DNA of 64,000 nt from a virus (Duplodnaviria > Caudoviricetes). Shown here piece after piece: positions 17,912 through 29,900 of this stretch; positions within the stretch are counted from its first letter, which is position 1; every line of letters begins with the position of its first letter. Made by a program: the position numbers and the translations under genes. Under the pieces are notes generated by a model. That model ran no database searches. It was not told the origin of the DNA and saw only the letters and a list, made by a program, of their open reading frames with translations. The DNA lies in IMG/VR virus record IMGVR_UViG_3300027759_000007, positions 1,145 through 65,144 of that record. One strand, 5' to 3'.

Positions 17912-18903
17912 AATCAGCTGAACTGACCTTTGGACACTCGGGCGACTTTGGGGATGTAGTCTTTGCGCTTGCCCTCGTTGAGCGCAGTGGAGGAGGTCAC
18001 ATCCGACTCTACGACCGACCCTACACCAAGGCTATCAGTTCGAGGGCTGGCGTGATTGTCCCCCTGCTAAAAGCACAGCCTTACGTCAAGTCAGTGCAGA
18101 TAGCGGAGCCAGATGAGAGCACTATCGACCTCTCCAAGTTTCGGTCACACTACCAGCCCGACCGCACGCTCCTCATGTCGCAGTGTCTCTACGCTGCCAG
18201 AGCCTATCAGACACCAGTGGTGCGAGGTGCAGAGGCTTGGCTGACAGCAACACCAAGCAAAGCTACCAAAGGCCGAGTCGTTATCGCTCGCAGCCCACGC
18301 TACCACAATGACAAGTTCCCGTGGGAGCGCATTCTAGCCCATTATGGAGATGAGTGTATCTTCATCGGGTTGAAAGAGGAGCACGACTATTTTGCAGATT
18401 CGTTCGGGCCTGTAGCGTATTTGAAGACTGACAATCTGCTAGACGTTGCAGAAGCTATCGCAGGCTCAGACCTGTTCATCGGAAACCAGAGCAGCCCGAA
18501 CTCAGTAGCCGAAGGACTCAAGCACCCTCGCATCTTGGAAGTGAGCGAGAAGCAGTGTGATTGCATCTACCCGAACCACGGCGTCCTGTGCTACGATGGC
18601 TTTCTGAGTGAGCTACCCGCAGCAGGTGGTAAAGAGCGTGAAGTCTTTGAGAAGCCGCCCACATTCAAGAAGCTCGACCTCATCATCTGCCCGCCGAGAG
18701 GCTGGCGCTACCCTGGACTGCCTACAAGCACTCATGCGAACGTGCTAGTGCCTCAAGTAGCCAAGCACCTCAACATCTCGAAAGAGGAAGCCCTTCCGCT
18801 GATGTACGACTACAACTGTCAGATCAACCCTGAGTTCTTCAAAGACCCAGCATCCGAGGCAAAATACGCCCGAGTTCGGAAAGCCATCGCAAACGCACAA
18901 TGA
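17908..18903 (+). CDS. GT9 (heptosyltransferase-like) glycosyltransferase
   Basis: GDFGDVV and NLLDVAEAIAGSDLFIGNQSSPNSVAEGL; ATG at 17908 by ATGA overlap. Confidence 0.8.
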   Translation: MKSAELTFGHSGDFGDVVFALALVERSGGGHIRLYDRPYTKAISSRAGVIVPLLKAQPYVKSVQIAEPDESTIDLSKFRSHYQPDRTLLMSQCLYAARAYQTPVVRGAEAWLTATPSKATKGRVVIARSPRYHNDKFPWERILAHYGDECIFIGLKEEHDYFADSFGPVAYLKTDNLLDVAEAIAGSDLFIGNQSSPNSVAEGLKHPRILEVSEKQCDCIYPNHGVLCYDGFLSELPAAGGKEREVFEKPPTFKKLDLIICPPRGWRYPGLPTSTHANVLVPQVAKHLNISKEEALPLMYDYNCQINPEFFKDPASEAKYARVRKAIANAQ

Positions 18904-19925
18904 AAATCATCATCCCCATTGGCCCCAAAGACGCCACCAACCTAAATCTCCTTGTCCGAACCATCGTTTCGCTCGGGGAGGTCAAACAGCCTATTCTGAT
19001 TGTCACCGTCCCGTCGCTCCTGACCGAGGCAGCACAAGCACAGGAGAACCTGCTGAAGGTCTGTGAGCGAGTCGAGCTTGTGGACACAGGCGACGAGTTT
19101 GCAGACGGCTGGTTCATGGGAGCCAACCGCATGTTTCACTGGGTCGCGACTCACCTCCACATGCAGGAGAACAAGCATGGCTGGCTATGGATGGAGGCTG
19201 ATTGCTGCCCCCTGCGTTCAGGTTGGTCAGATGCCCTTGAACAAGAGTATCGTGACGCCAAGAAACCCTTCATGGGTTTTGTCCGTCCTCAGAAGCACAA
19301 AGACGAGAAGGGCATCATTTATTTCAAGGCAGGAGACAACATGCTGGCGGGAGTGGCCCTTTACTCACCTCAGATGCTTACAGATCAAGAGATGCTGCCA
19401 CTGTTCAATAATTTGAACATATCGCAGAGGAATGCTCACCCCAAGTATCCGTGGGACATCTACTTGCGATGGAGATTCTTCAAGCGGGGTGTCCATGAAA
19501 CCGCGCTGATGCATGACAAATGGCAAACGCTCAATTACCGTCGTGAAGGAGGTCAACTTGTCTGCGAGGCTGCTCCTGATGCCCCAATGGGTACGGCTAC
19601 GGGCGGTGTGATCCCTAAAGCTGCTGTGCTTGTTCACGGGTGCAAGGATGGCACGCTGCAAGAGTTGGTCATCGCAGAGCACTCGAAGCCAATCGCTAAG
19701 GTTGCTGCCCCGAAGACAGTGACATTTATCGTCGGAAACAAGAGCGACATTACCAAGGTGGAAGAGGTCATCCACACCCTCCGCACCGAAGGCATCAAGC
19801 CACGGGTGGGCGACATCGCCAAGAGAGCTGGACTATCGGCTGCTGATACTAAACCGATCCTCGACCAACTTGGTCATGTGATCGGCACCGCAGGATGGGT
19901 AACACTGAAGGAGGAAGAAGTATGA
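18900..19925 (+). CDS. Putative GT-A glycosyltransferase with C-terminal HTH-like region
   Basis: IIIPI start, WLWMEADC (ExD), VLVHGCKDG; tail PRVGDIAKRAGLS looks like a HTH. Confidence 0.55.
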   Translation: MKIIIPIGPKDATNLNLLVRTIVSLGEVKQPILIVTVPSLLTEAAQAQENLLKVCERVELVDTGDEFADGWFMGANRMFHWVATHLHMQENKHGWLWMEADCCPLRSGWSDALEQEYRDAKKPFMGFVRPQKHKDEKGIIYFKAGDNMLAGVALYSPQMLTDQEMLPLFNNLNISQRNAHPKYPWDIYLRWRFFKRGVHETALMHDKWQTLNYRREGGQLVCEAAPDAPMGTATGGVIPKAAVLVHGCKDGTLQELVIAEHSKPIAKVAAPKTVTFIVGNKSDITKVEEVIHTLRTEGIKPRVGDIAKRAGLSAADTKPILDQLGHVIGTAGWVTLKEEEV

Positions 19926-20155
19926 GCGAGGCTAACCCTATTTGTACGCCTATAACTGGACCAAACCCTGTCTTCATACGCCTTTGCCGCTGGGGCTTAG
20001 ATGGTAAGTTCGCTTGGGTGCGGGACGACGGCGAACTGATGAGCCGAATTTATGACACTAAGGAGGAAGCTCAGAAAGACGACACTGTTAAACTCACCGA
20101 GCAAGAGCGTGAGGACATCCGCAGCGGTCGAATAATCTCACCCATAAAAATCTAA
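19922..20155 (+). CDS. Hypothetical protein
   Basis: ATGA overlap with the upstream gene. Confidence 0.55.
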   Translation: MSEANPICTPITGPNPVFIRLCRWGLDGKFAWVRDDGELMSRIYDTKEEAQKDDTVKLTEQEREDIRSGRIISPIKI

Positions 20156-20385
20156 TGCACCAATTCATCAAAAAGATTCAAGACGGAAACCCGATGCAGA
20201 AGTTTCGGGCCAAGATTCAAGCCGAGACGGCTAAAGCCATCGAGACAATTATCAACGAAGCGGACGAGATTCCTGGCATCGGGAAGCTAATCGCCAAGAT
20301 TGACATGGACGGCGAGAACGTGTCTCTGCAAATGGGGGTCAAGCGTCCTCAATCATCCAGCACCCAGGAGCATACTCAGGGGTAG
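20155..20385 (+). CDS. Hypothetical protein
   Basis: TAATG overlap; last gene of the + strand block. Confidence 0.55.
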   Translation: MHQFIKKIQDGNPMQKFRAKIQAETAKAIETIINEADEIPGIGKLIAKIDMDGENVSLQMGVKRPQSSSTQEHTQG

Positions 20386-20929
20386 CACCGATCTTCTCAT
20401 CCACTTGCTTGAGCACCTCCATAGGCATCAGCGCCTTGGAGGTGATGTCACACCCACACGCAAGGCAGGACCGACGAAACACTTCAGGAGCACGGTGAAC
20501 ACGGCGACGGCCCATCAGGGCTGTCAGCTCCTTGGCAAGCCATCCACACCCGCCACAACTGATCTGACCATTCTTGGGGCAGGCAGCACAGATGTCGAGC
20601 CTCCGACGATGCTCTTCCTCACTGACCATCTCGCCATTCTTGCGAAACTCGTTCATGGTAGTGATAAACCTTCTCACGTCGTCACCTGTGAACCAACGAC
20701 GCTTTGAGCCGACCTCTTCCCACTCTAGCTTGGGGTTGTTGAGGATGACGGTCTCATGGATCTCGTCCACCCACCCCGGCTCCAGCGGCAGCGAGCAAGC
20801 GTTACGGTGGTCCCTAATCTTCTTCAAGAACGCACTCCAGCTCCAGTCTGCTGACGTTACGCCTGTCTCGGGCTGTGTATAAGTCCACATGCCTCCTACG
20901 GGGTGATTGGTGTTGACGATGTGCCTCAT
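20339..20929 (-). CDS. Cys-rich hypothetical protein
   Basis: RRLDICAACP, CGGC, CLACGC, CW; coupled to the giant gene by ATGA. Confidence 0.75.
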   Translation of the reverse strand: MRHIVNTNHPVGGMWTYTQPETGVTSADWSWSAFLKKIRDHRNACSLPLEPGWVDEIHETVILNNPKLEWEEVGSKRRWFTGDDVRRFITTMNEFRKNGEMVSEEEHRRRLDICAACPKNGQISCGGCGWLAKELTALMGRRRVHRAPEVFRRSCLACGCDITSKALMPMEVLKQVDEKIGATPEYAPGCWMIEDA

Positions 20930-23900
20930 TTCTTTTGGTCGTTATAGGTCATTACGCCAGCTCCAAAGAGCATGAGCGTGGTAAGTGCTGCGCCTTTTGG
21001 CATTCCGTGAGCTTCCATCGTTTCTCTGGCTTCATCAAAGGACATAGGCACCGTCATCTTGTATGCTATATCCATAGGTGTGACAGTCTCACCAATGACG
21101 TTCTCACCTGTGACAAGATCGACAACTCCGCCGAACGCAGGAGAGAACTTTGTCCGCATGAAGGTAGAACCAACGTCGAACACGTTGCTACCGCCATAGG
21201 GCACCTTGTCAGTCTTGGCGACTTCGCGGAACAAGTTGGGTAGGCGAAAGGTGTCACGGATCGGAACGATCTTTCCTGACGCTGATTTCTTTTCACCTGC
21301 GATGATGCGGGAAACAAACACCGTGGCTTGGATCAAACCACCGAGAGGATCGACGCGAGTGTCTCCATAGCGAATCTTGAGGAAGTCACTGGAGCGAGGA
21401 TCAAACTCAAGAGGCTTGTCCTCGTCGTCTTGTGCCATGCCTGCCAGTGCGTACACGATGGCAGCGCCCATGATAAACTTAGCATACTCTTGGAGAACTA
21501 AGGCTTTCGTGCGTCCAGTTGCTTTGAAGATTGGCATCCCGCCGATGATCTGGAATCGGCTCACAACCAGACGTGGAGCGAAGAAGATGGTGTTAAGACC
21601 AACCGCAGCCTGATTGAATGCTCCTTTGCCAAGGTCTCCACGTCCCGTAGCTACATTGATGTAGCGTGCAATCGACTCCATCTCCTCACGGGTAGGTGTT
21701 GGGCCTTTCTGAAGTTGATTCAGCAAAGAGTCAAAGGTGTCCGCCCGCATATTGTTGAGGAACGCTAGGTAGGCACGCTGGGAGCCACGCACTAAACTGC
21801 CGATGAACAAACCCTTCACACCACCGGGAATCTTGTCAACCCAGCGAGACATGAACGCCTCCTCCTGTGCAGACATCTTGGTTTGATCAGTCTCAGCAAT
21901 GTAAAGCCCTGCCATCACATAGTTGCGCCAGTTGTCACGTTGCTTCAGACGTTTCAAAGAAGCCTTGGAAACATCATCAGACGTGAATGCCTTGAGCATT
22001 GGTCCGATGTTTCTGAAAGCGCGGATGGGGTTGCCAAGTCCGATGAACCCGCCCTGACGGAGCACGGCGCTCAAATCCATACTGGTGAGAATAGCTCGGG
22101 AAGTGTTGAGAACCTGCCCGCCAGTGTCGAACATCCGTTGCAGTTTTGTCCGTGAGGCGAGATGAGCCTCAAAGACTTTCTTCGACCACTCGGCTTTAAT
22201 GTTGTCGAGGTCGATCTCCAACTGCATCAGGGAGTCGTCATACACCTTAGCAACCTTGGGGCGTTTGCGGAAGTCGCTTTTAGCAATTCGGTCCTCGTAG
22301 CCTTGGATCACACGTTGAAGCTGCTTGCGGTCTGCTTTGATCTTCTCGGCAACTGGGTCTCTGGCAGCATCTTCTTTGACCTTACGGAGACGTTGCACCT
22401 CTTCGCGCAGCGAGTCCCGTTCAGCACGGAGGTTCTTGATCTTCGCGACTTCTGGCGTCTTTGAGGGGCGAGTCTTGGAAGCAAGGTCGCCTTCGTTGAT
22501 TTGCTTGTTGAGGCTATCAATCGACTTCTCAAGACTGGCGACCGCAGCGTCAACCAATTCGTCATCAGTTTTTTGCTTCTTCCTGAAGCCGAGGTCTTCT
22601 TTCAGTTGGTCACGCTGCTCACGGAGAGTTTCGACTCTGGCTTTAAGTCGGAATAACTGCGGAGACATCTCAGGCTTTAAGCCTTCCTTGGGCGCAAAGT
22701 CCTGTTCACGAATCTGCTTCTCCAATGCGTCAATCTGACGAGTAAGGGAAGCCTGGGCATCCTCGTTTACCTGCTCCTGCGTGCGAACGGGTAGTCCTTC
22801 CTCCTTGATGCGGAGTTCTTTCAGTGTTTGGGAAAGGGCATCGCGTGCGTCCATCTTTACTTGAAGCTGCTCGGTGAGCGGCGTCTTGTTCTGAGTAGGT
22901 GCGAAGTCTTTTTCTTTGATCTTGCGCTCAAGCTCCGTGATCTGCTTGTTAAGGTCTTTGAGACGAGCGGTAATGCGCTCCTGTGCTGTCGGTGGACGTG
23001 GAGGGTCAATCTCGTCTAGCTGCTTCTGGAGAGCGTCACGCTGGGCTTTTAGCTTGTTAGCTTCATCGTCATACTCCACGTCTTTGCGTGGACGATCAGT
23101 GCGCTTGCGCTCTTTGATCTGCTTATCAAGGTCTTCGATGCTGTTCTTTAGACGGGACTTTACTGCGTCCAAAGGCGTCTTGATATTCCTGCCACTAGGG
23201 GCTTGTGGAATGTCCAAGTCCTTCATCGTCTGGTTGAGCAGACGCAAGGCTTCACGTTCTTCAGGAGTCGTCTCATCACGCTGCAAGCCCGCACGCAATG
23301 GAGCAACGCCAGCACGGGCACGCTCTAACTTGTCGAATAGAAGCTCAAGACGACGCATCTGGCGCAGCTTGACGGCAGCGGCTTCAGGATCGGGGAACTT
23401 CACCTTCCCATAACCTGAGAACATGTCGCGAAGCTGCTGCTCAGTGATGGAGGGATCAAACTCGTTGACCTCCTCGGTGATAACACCGAACACCTCATCA
23501 AGCAGTTCCTTGGAGTCACGCTTCAAGCCTGCCTCACCTTGCTCGACAAGCCACTCTTTCACACGGTTGTAAACCCAGCGGTCAGAGAGGGACTCGCCTT
23601 GGGACTCTACCAGTTGTTCGGCGTAGGACTTGGTGGTGCCTTCTTCAGGTTTCTCAAACACCGACTGCTCAGCTTCGAGGAGAGCGTCAGCTTCTTTCTT
23701 GATTTGAGGGATATGCTTCTCAATACCAGGGCCAAAGTCGCCAATCATCTTGGCAGTCAGGTCAGCTAAAGACACCACGCCTTCCGCAATGTAGGAAGCC
23801 ATGATGACGGCGTGATCGAAGAGGTCGGCAGGGTTGAGGCCCATGTTGAGATTTCCCCCACGTTGACGGATGCGCTTCCGAGCTTCCTCACGTTTTTCAA

Positions 23901-26900
23901 CAAGGAAGTCCTTCATCGTTGTGCCCTTCTTGGCAGCGATGCGGGACTGAGCAATCAGGTCGTTGGCGGTCTTCTTGGTGAGCGCCATCGCCTCTTTGAA
24001 AGTCTCATCGAAGACACTCGTTAGCTCGGCTTCGGCACCTGCGGAGGCTTTGGTCTTGGCGATCTCTGCCTCGATTTTGGTGATCTTCGAGTGAGTGGCT
24101 TGGGCGTCAGCCTTTTCCTCTTTGGAGAGTTCTGCTTGCTTGGCTCCTTGAAGGCGCACGACCATGTTGGCGAGGCTAAAGTCCATCCAAGCTGACATTT
24201 TGCGGAAGTTGAGCGCACGACCACTGAAGGTGCCCATGACAGCACTCGCTTGCTGGACATCTGCCAGGGCGTTAATGGCGTCAGAGACGCGCTGATTCGC
24301 CGACTCTAGCTCACTGGCAGAGGCTTTGGTCTGAGCCTCCACGGCTGCATTGTAGGAGTTGGTGCGGACGACGGCTTCACGCAGTAGGATAGGCACCTCC
24401 ACGGGTGACACCTCGCGAGGACGTGAAAGCATCTCACTGACAAGCTCGGAACCTCTGTTCGGGTTCCGCTCCATCTCGACTCGGGCATCTTCCCACGCCT
24501 TTTCCCACTTGTAGGGGCCATCGAGCGGTGTCTCAAGCTGCGGCAGTCCGAGGATCTCAGCCACTTGGTTGAGTTGCTCGTTGACGATGCTGACTGGACC
24601 TTCAAGGGGTGTAGGTTCTGCTGCTGCTGCTGCTGCTGCTGCTGCGGGTGGCTTAGCAGGCGGCGGCGGTGGCGGCTCAGACGCCTTCGTCTCAGGTGCA
24701 GGTGGCTCCGCTTCCACTGGCGCAACTCCATCCATCCCATCAAAGGCATATTTCTCCCTGACTGCGTTGTAGATGTCTTGAAGGTTCTCCTGGATGCTCG
24801 GGCCAAGTTCGTCGATCATCTTCTTGGAGAAAGCAGCGAATGTGCGTGCTCCACGCTCCACGTAGTAAGCACCAATAACGACTGCATCAGCGAGCGCTGT
24901 GGGGTCGAGCAGCAGGTTCGTTGATCCGCCGAGACGGGTCTTGCTCTTGATGTCTTTGAGAGCCTTGGCGACTCGTTCCTCGGTAATGAGGGTGTTTTTG
25001 GATGCCTCGAACTTGGCCCGCCCTTTGGGCGTTTCCGGCAGGATGTAAACAATCCCACCTGTCCCTGAGAACAGCGGGTCAATCACCTCATCAAAAAGTG
25101 AGTCAGGCACGTTCACACAACCTGATGAAATTCGATTATCTACAGGGGATTTTGAACTCAATCGGTCAGAGCGATTCTGCGATGGAATACCCTGATAAAC
25201 ACGGTGGACTGCTAAAACACTGTCCTCTTTTTCGAGGAAATCGAGAGTCTTACCATAGTTATATTCGTTGTTGGCATCAGGGTCGATAGTGGCTTCAAAA
25301 CGCCCTGATGGTGTAACCTTCCCACCATTGAGCGTGTCCCCTTTGTCCATCCCGAACAGTGCAGACTCACTACGCACCAAGACGCCCGAGCCATTAAACA
25401 CATACATCTTGCCACCTGTTTTGTCACCGACCACGAAGGGGCGACCATTTGCATTGTTAGAATCGACCACCCAGTTAGCGGTAGAGACAACCATAGATGG
25501 AGCACGGGTGCCTTTGAAATCGGCTTTCTTCGTCAGCTTCATGCCGCCGATGCCTACACGCTTACCTGCAACATCCCCGACAGGGAGCAGGCTGGCAGGA
25601 GGCATGTCTCCAAGTGATCGGTCCTTTGCGCTTACCGTTGAAAGCACAGGGTCAAAGGACTTTGTGACGGGCACGTCAACGTAAGTGGCTTGGGTGTTTC
25701 CTGTCTGCGAAGACACCGCGATGATTCCACCAAGCAGTAACGTCTTAACTTTTGAAGCCAGCTTCGCGAAGATTTTGGCGAGACGACTGGTAGCCGCCTT
25801 GGCTGTTACCAACCAGTCTGCATAGGCTTCTCGGAAAGACTTCTTCGCTTCTGCATTCCACTCGGACTGGCCCAGGTCTTCTGCGGCTTCCTGCTTCTCT
25901 TGCGAGGTCAGAGAGGCGTCGATCTCTTGATCCACCTCTACCGTTGGTTCTGGAGCAGGATTCTCTGCCTTCACCCCACCATCAGGTCGGTAAACATAAA
26001 GCTCACCATCTGCGACGTAGCCTTCTGGGAGCGTGATGCCGTAGGTGTCAACGGCGGCTTGGGAGACTGGCTTCTGATCCACCAAGGCTTTATTCACCTC
26101 GCCATAGTGGTCGGATGCACCACGCTTTATGTCGGATTCTGTCGGGGTTGAAACTTTATCTAAACGTTCCTTGGTGTCTTTTATCGCAGCAGCTTTAGAT
26201 TTGTAGTTCTGCCCACCTGAGAAGCCCCATGTCTGGCCTGTTTTCGCAAGCTCATAATCCTGCTTGGCAAGTTCAATGACTTCTTGATGCCCAAGCTGAC
26301 CACGCTCCTCTGGCGTCATCTGCTCAGGCTTCGACGTGTCACGCTGTCCGCTTGGACTTGGCTCGGTGAGGGTGGTGGGTGACTCCTGCTTTTGTGAAGA
26401 CAACCACTGCGCGTAGTCATGCTCGGCTTTGGTGACAATGAACCGAGCGCCGCTCTCTGTCTCTAGCGAGTACTCCGTCTTGTTGCCTGCTGCTTTCCGC
26501 TTGCGCTCGAACTCCGCCTGCTCACGGTTGTCCATGCGGTTTGACTGCCTGCCTGTCAGGTCTTTAATAGCAGGAACTTCCTCAGTCTTTGGAGCATAGC
26601 CGTCCTCCACCATCTCGCGGATAACTTTCTCACGTTGACCTGTGTAGTCTTTATTCTTTTCGGTGCTCCTGCGGGCGGTGCTCTCTTGTAGAGTCTTCTT
26701 CAACTTACCACGCTGCATGGCGGTGAGGTCGAGGTCATCCAAGTAGTCGTTGAGAGGCTTGTCCTTTGCCTCTTGCTCTGCTTTGGCAGCTTCAGCCTTG
26801 GCCTGCTGTTTATCGAAGAAAGCCTTGTTCTGCCTCTCCATGTCTTGCTGACGCAGCGACTCCTTGATAGCCTCTTCTTGAGAATCTACAATCTGATCTC

Positions 26901-29900
26901 CAAAGCCTCGTTTGTCGGATTGCTGAATGAGCCAACGGCTACCAGATTGGTAAACACTGTACTTCCCTTCTTGTGGGACACCTTCAGCAGCACTTGACTT
27001 TCCCGTTTCTTCGGTGTTCTTCTGCACAGTAACGGCAGGGATCGACCCCTCTGCCGTGGTTGGCAACTGACTAGGACTGCCCTCCTGTGTTTGCGCGACT
27101 GGGGGGAGGGTTTCTTTTTGGGACTTTTCACGCTCGTAGATGCGCTGCGACATGCGTGCAATCTCTTCGCCTTTGCTGTTGTCGGACATCCCGCTCCATG
27201 AAGTGTCACCCTGCTCGGCAGCAATCGCTGAAAGCTCGGTCCTCCATTTTGCTCCTGCTGACTCCACTCGCGGTGTTATCTCTGCACTGATACGACGCAT
27301 ACCTGTGAGCATGGCAGCACTGTCGTCTTTGATTTTCTGTAGGTCATCGCGGAGGCTCACAAGCTCACTTTTGCTCATCTTAGCGAAGCTCTTGCCTCGC
27401 TCCTTCCACGTGTTGAAAAGATTGAAGTTGGACGGTTTCGGCCCAAGTATTTCTGCGATTATGTCGGCTTTAGTTTGACTCTTTGCCTTGGCTTCTGAGG
27501 GGGCTTGTGGGGCTACTTGCTCGACGTTCTCCACAGGTTTTGTTTCTTGGCGTTCTTCACCCACACGACGCAGCCACTCCATAGGGACGGTCATCTGTGT
27601 CTTACCTGTCCACACGACAGCTTTGCCTTCTAGCGGCCCACGGTAACTGACTTCAGTATCCGTGCCTGAGTAAGGTGAATACATGATGAGTTTGTCATCA
27701 GGGGAAAACTCTGTTTCTGGCGTCACGACAGTCCCTTTCTCGGCGACGGGTTGGGCTTGGGGAGGCGGGGCTTCCTCTTGGGTTGACTCGCTTCGCATAT
27801 ACTCAAAAAGTGCATCTGCACTTGGAAACTTACGAATCACGGTTCCTTTTTTGAACTGCGGGTTGGCTTTCTCACCTTGAGGAACCCAAGTTGCTTCATC
27901 TGCGACAACCGTGAATCCCCCATCCTTTTGCTTCTCGTAGCGCACATACTGTCCATCTGCGAAGAGAGAGCTTTCAGGAGCTGTGCGTGGGGCGCTACCT
28001 TTGAACTTTTCCAAGTCTGCTTGGAGATAGCCCATCCAGTCTTTTTTGGCCTGCTCCGGTGTGCGGTTCCGAGCTTCTCGCATCATCTCCGCGATGTCTG
28101 TGAACGCCCCAATAGCATCAGCTGTTCTGCGATCAAGTCCCGCATCAAGAGCCTCCTGACGACGCTGCATACCTGTTTTTGGTGCTTGGTTTTCCATCTC
28201 CAACCCTACCTCCGTTTCACCAGCGTCCGCAACTACATTTTCTGTTTGTGGAAACTTATCTTCGGTGATCGGAGGCGTTGGAGCCTCTTCACCTGCTGGT
28301 ATTGGCTCGACGGGCGGGGCGGTTTCTTCGATGGCTGGTTCACTTGGGGGTGTGGGTGTTTCTTTCTGTACAGGCTGTGCCAGAGCGGCTAGGCTTCTTG
28401 CGATTGCCTCCTCAACTTTCTTTTCATAGTCCTTCGTGTTCTGCCCCCCTGCTTGCCTAGACAGCACAGCGTCACCCAAATCCTTCACCAGTTTGTTATG
28501 CGCGGCTAGAGCCGCAGGATCAGGAACTACAGGAGCAGGAGCAGGAGCAGGAGGACGGGCAGGAGCAGGAGGACGGGCAGGAGCAGGAGCCAACTGCGCG
28601 TCTCGCATCGCCTTGAACCTCTCCAAAGCTGCGCTTGCTTGGCTATCGGCAATTGCTGCCGCAGTCGCAGGCAGGACATCCACGTTGGTCATCACTGTCT
28701 CAGCGGTGGCAGTCTCAAGACTCTTCGCCATCTCCTTTGTCTGCTCATTCAGGCGACCGATAAAGGCGTCGTTCGATTCCCCTGGCTCCTGTGTCAGGTT
28801 GCGTACAGGACTCACCCGAACGTCTGCCGTCCCACGGCCACCCATTACGGTTGGCTTGGCTTCGACTTGCGTTGACGTGGCGGTCGGGCGTGCTGGATTG
28901 ACGTAGCGCTCGACGGCTGACTCAAGACCTGATAGTCCTGCTTCAACAACGGTCGTCGGGATTGTCCCTTCGACAGTCTGAGCAATAGCCTCCTCTTCAG
29001 GAGTGGTAGGCACAGCCAAGTCTCGCGGACGCATGAGAGCACCAGCACCCGCCATCCCACCTTCGATCACACCGGAGCCGACAGCACCGAGAGCGCCTGC
29101 CTCTGCGATCTGAGCACCTGTAGCACGGGGGTCTTGGAGATACTCGGTGCCTGCTTCTTGACCACCTTCTTTCAGCATCCCTGCACCGACACCTCTGAGT
29201 GCAGAAGCGACTCCACCTGCGCGGGCGGCTTCGAGTGCTTTAGCACCTCGCAGCATTGGGAGCGCGGCTGATGCCAAGTCGATAGGGCTTTCCTGCATGG
29301 AGAAAGAACGAGTAACCATCTCCTTGCCAAGTCCTTCTGGCATAGCTTTTAACGTGCGTTCGGCTTCGGGCTTCTGCGCTGCCCACCGACGAAGGCGGGT
29401 TTCATACTGTTGATCTGTCTCGGTGACACGATTCTTGAAAGCCTCCCAGCTTTGGGGATCTTTGGTAGCGACGTAATCAGCTAAGAACTGCCGAGCACCT
29501 GCTTCTTCAGGTATGTCTGAGTCAGCCCGTGCTGGGTTGCGGTCAGACTGCATGAAGGCTCCAAGTCTTTCTTGGTCGATGTCGCCCATCCGGTCAGCAG
29601 CTACGCCTGCTCTGGAGACACTGGATATGAGAGCGTCCACATACGCTTGGGTGTCGGGGTCATCAATGTCTTTGGAGTCATACTCGCCACTCAGCCACCG
29701 CTCAAAACCTTGAGGTGATGCGCCTGTGTCCAAATCTTCTCGAAGGCTTTCGAGGAGTGCATCTCGCTGCTCCTGTCGGTCGTTCGGATCAAGTTGCTTG
29801 ATGCGTTGACCTGCGGTGTCCACAAGACCCTTCACCCCCTGCACAAGGCGAGTGCCTGACCCTGTGTTCGTCAAACCGAGTGCATCGGTGGCTGCAAACA

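Noticed and set aside
5880-19925. Shared acidic C-termini EEI/EEV/DEV on several proteins as a second docking motif
   Set aside because: At least two cases (10754, 19925) are explained by GAGGA plus an ATGA overlap with the next gene, and acidic SSB tails are ordinary.
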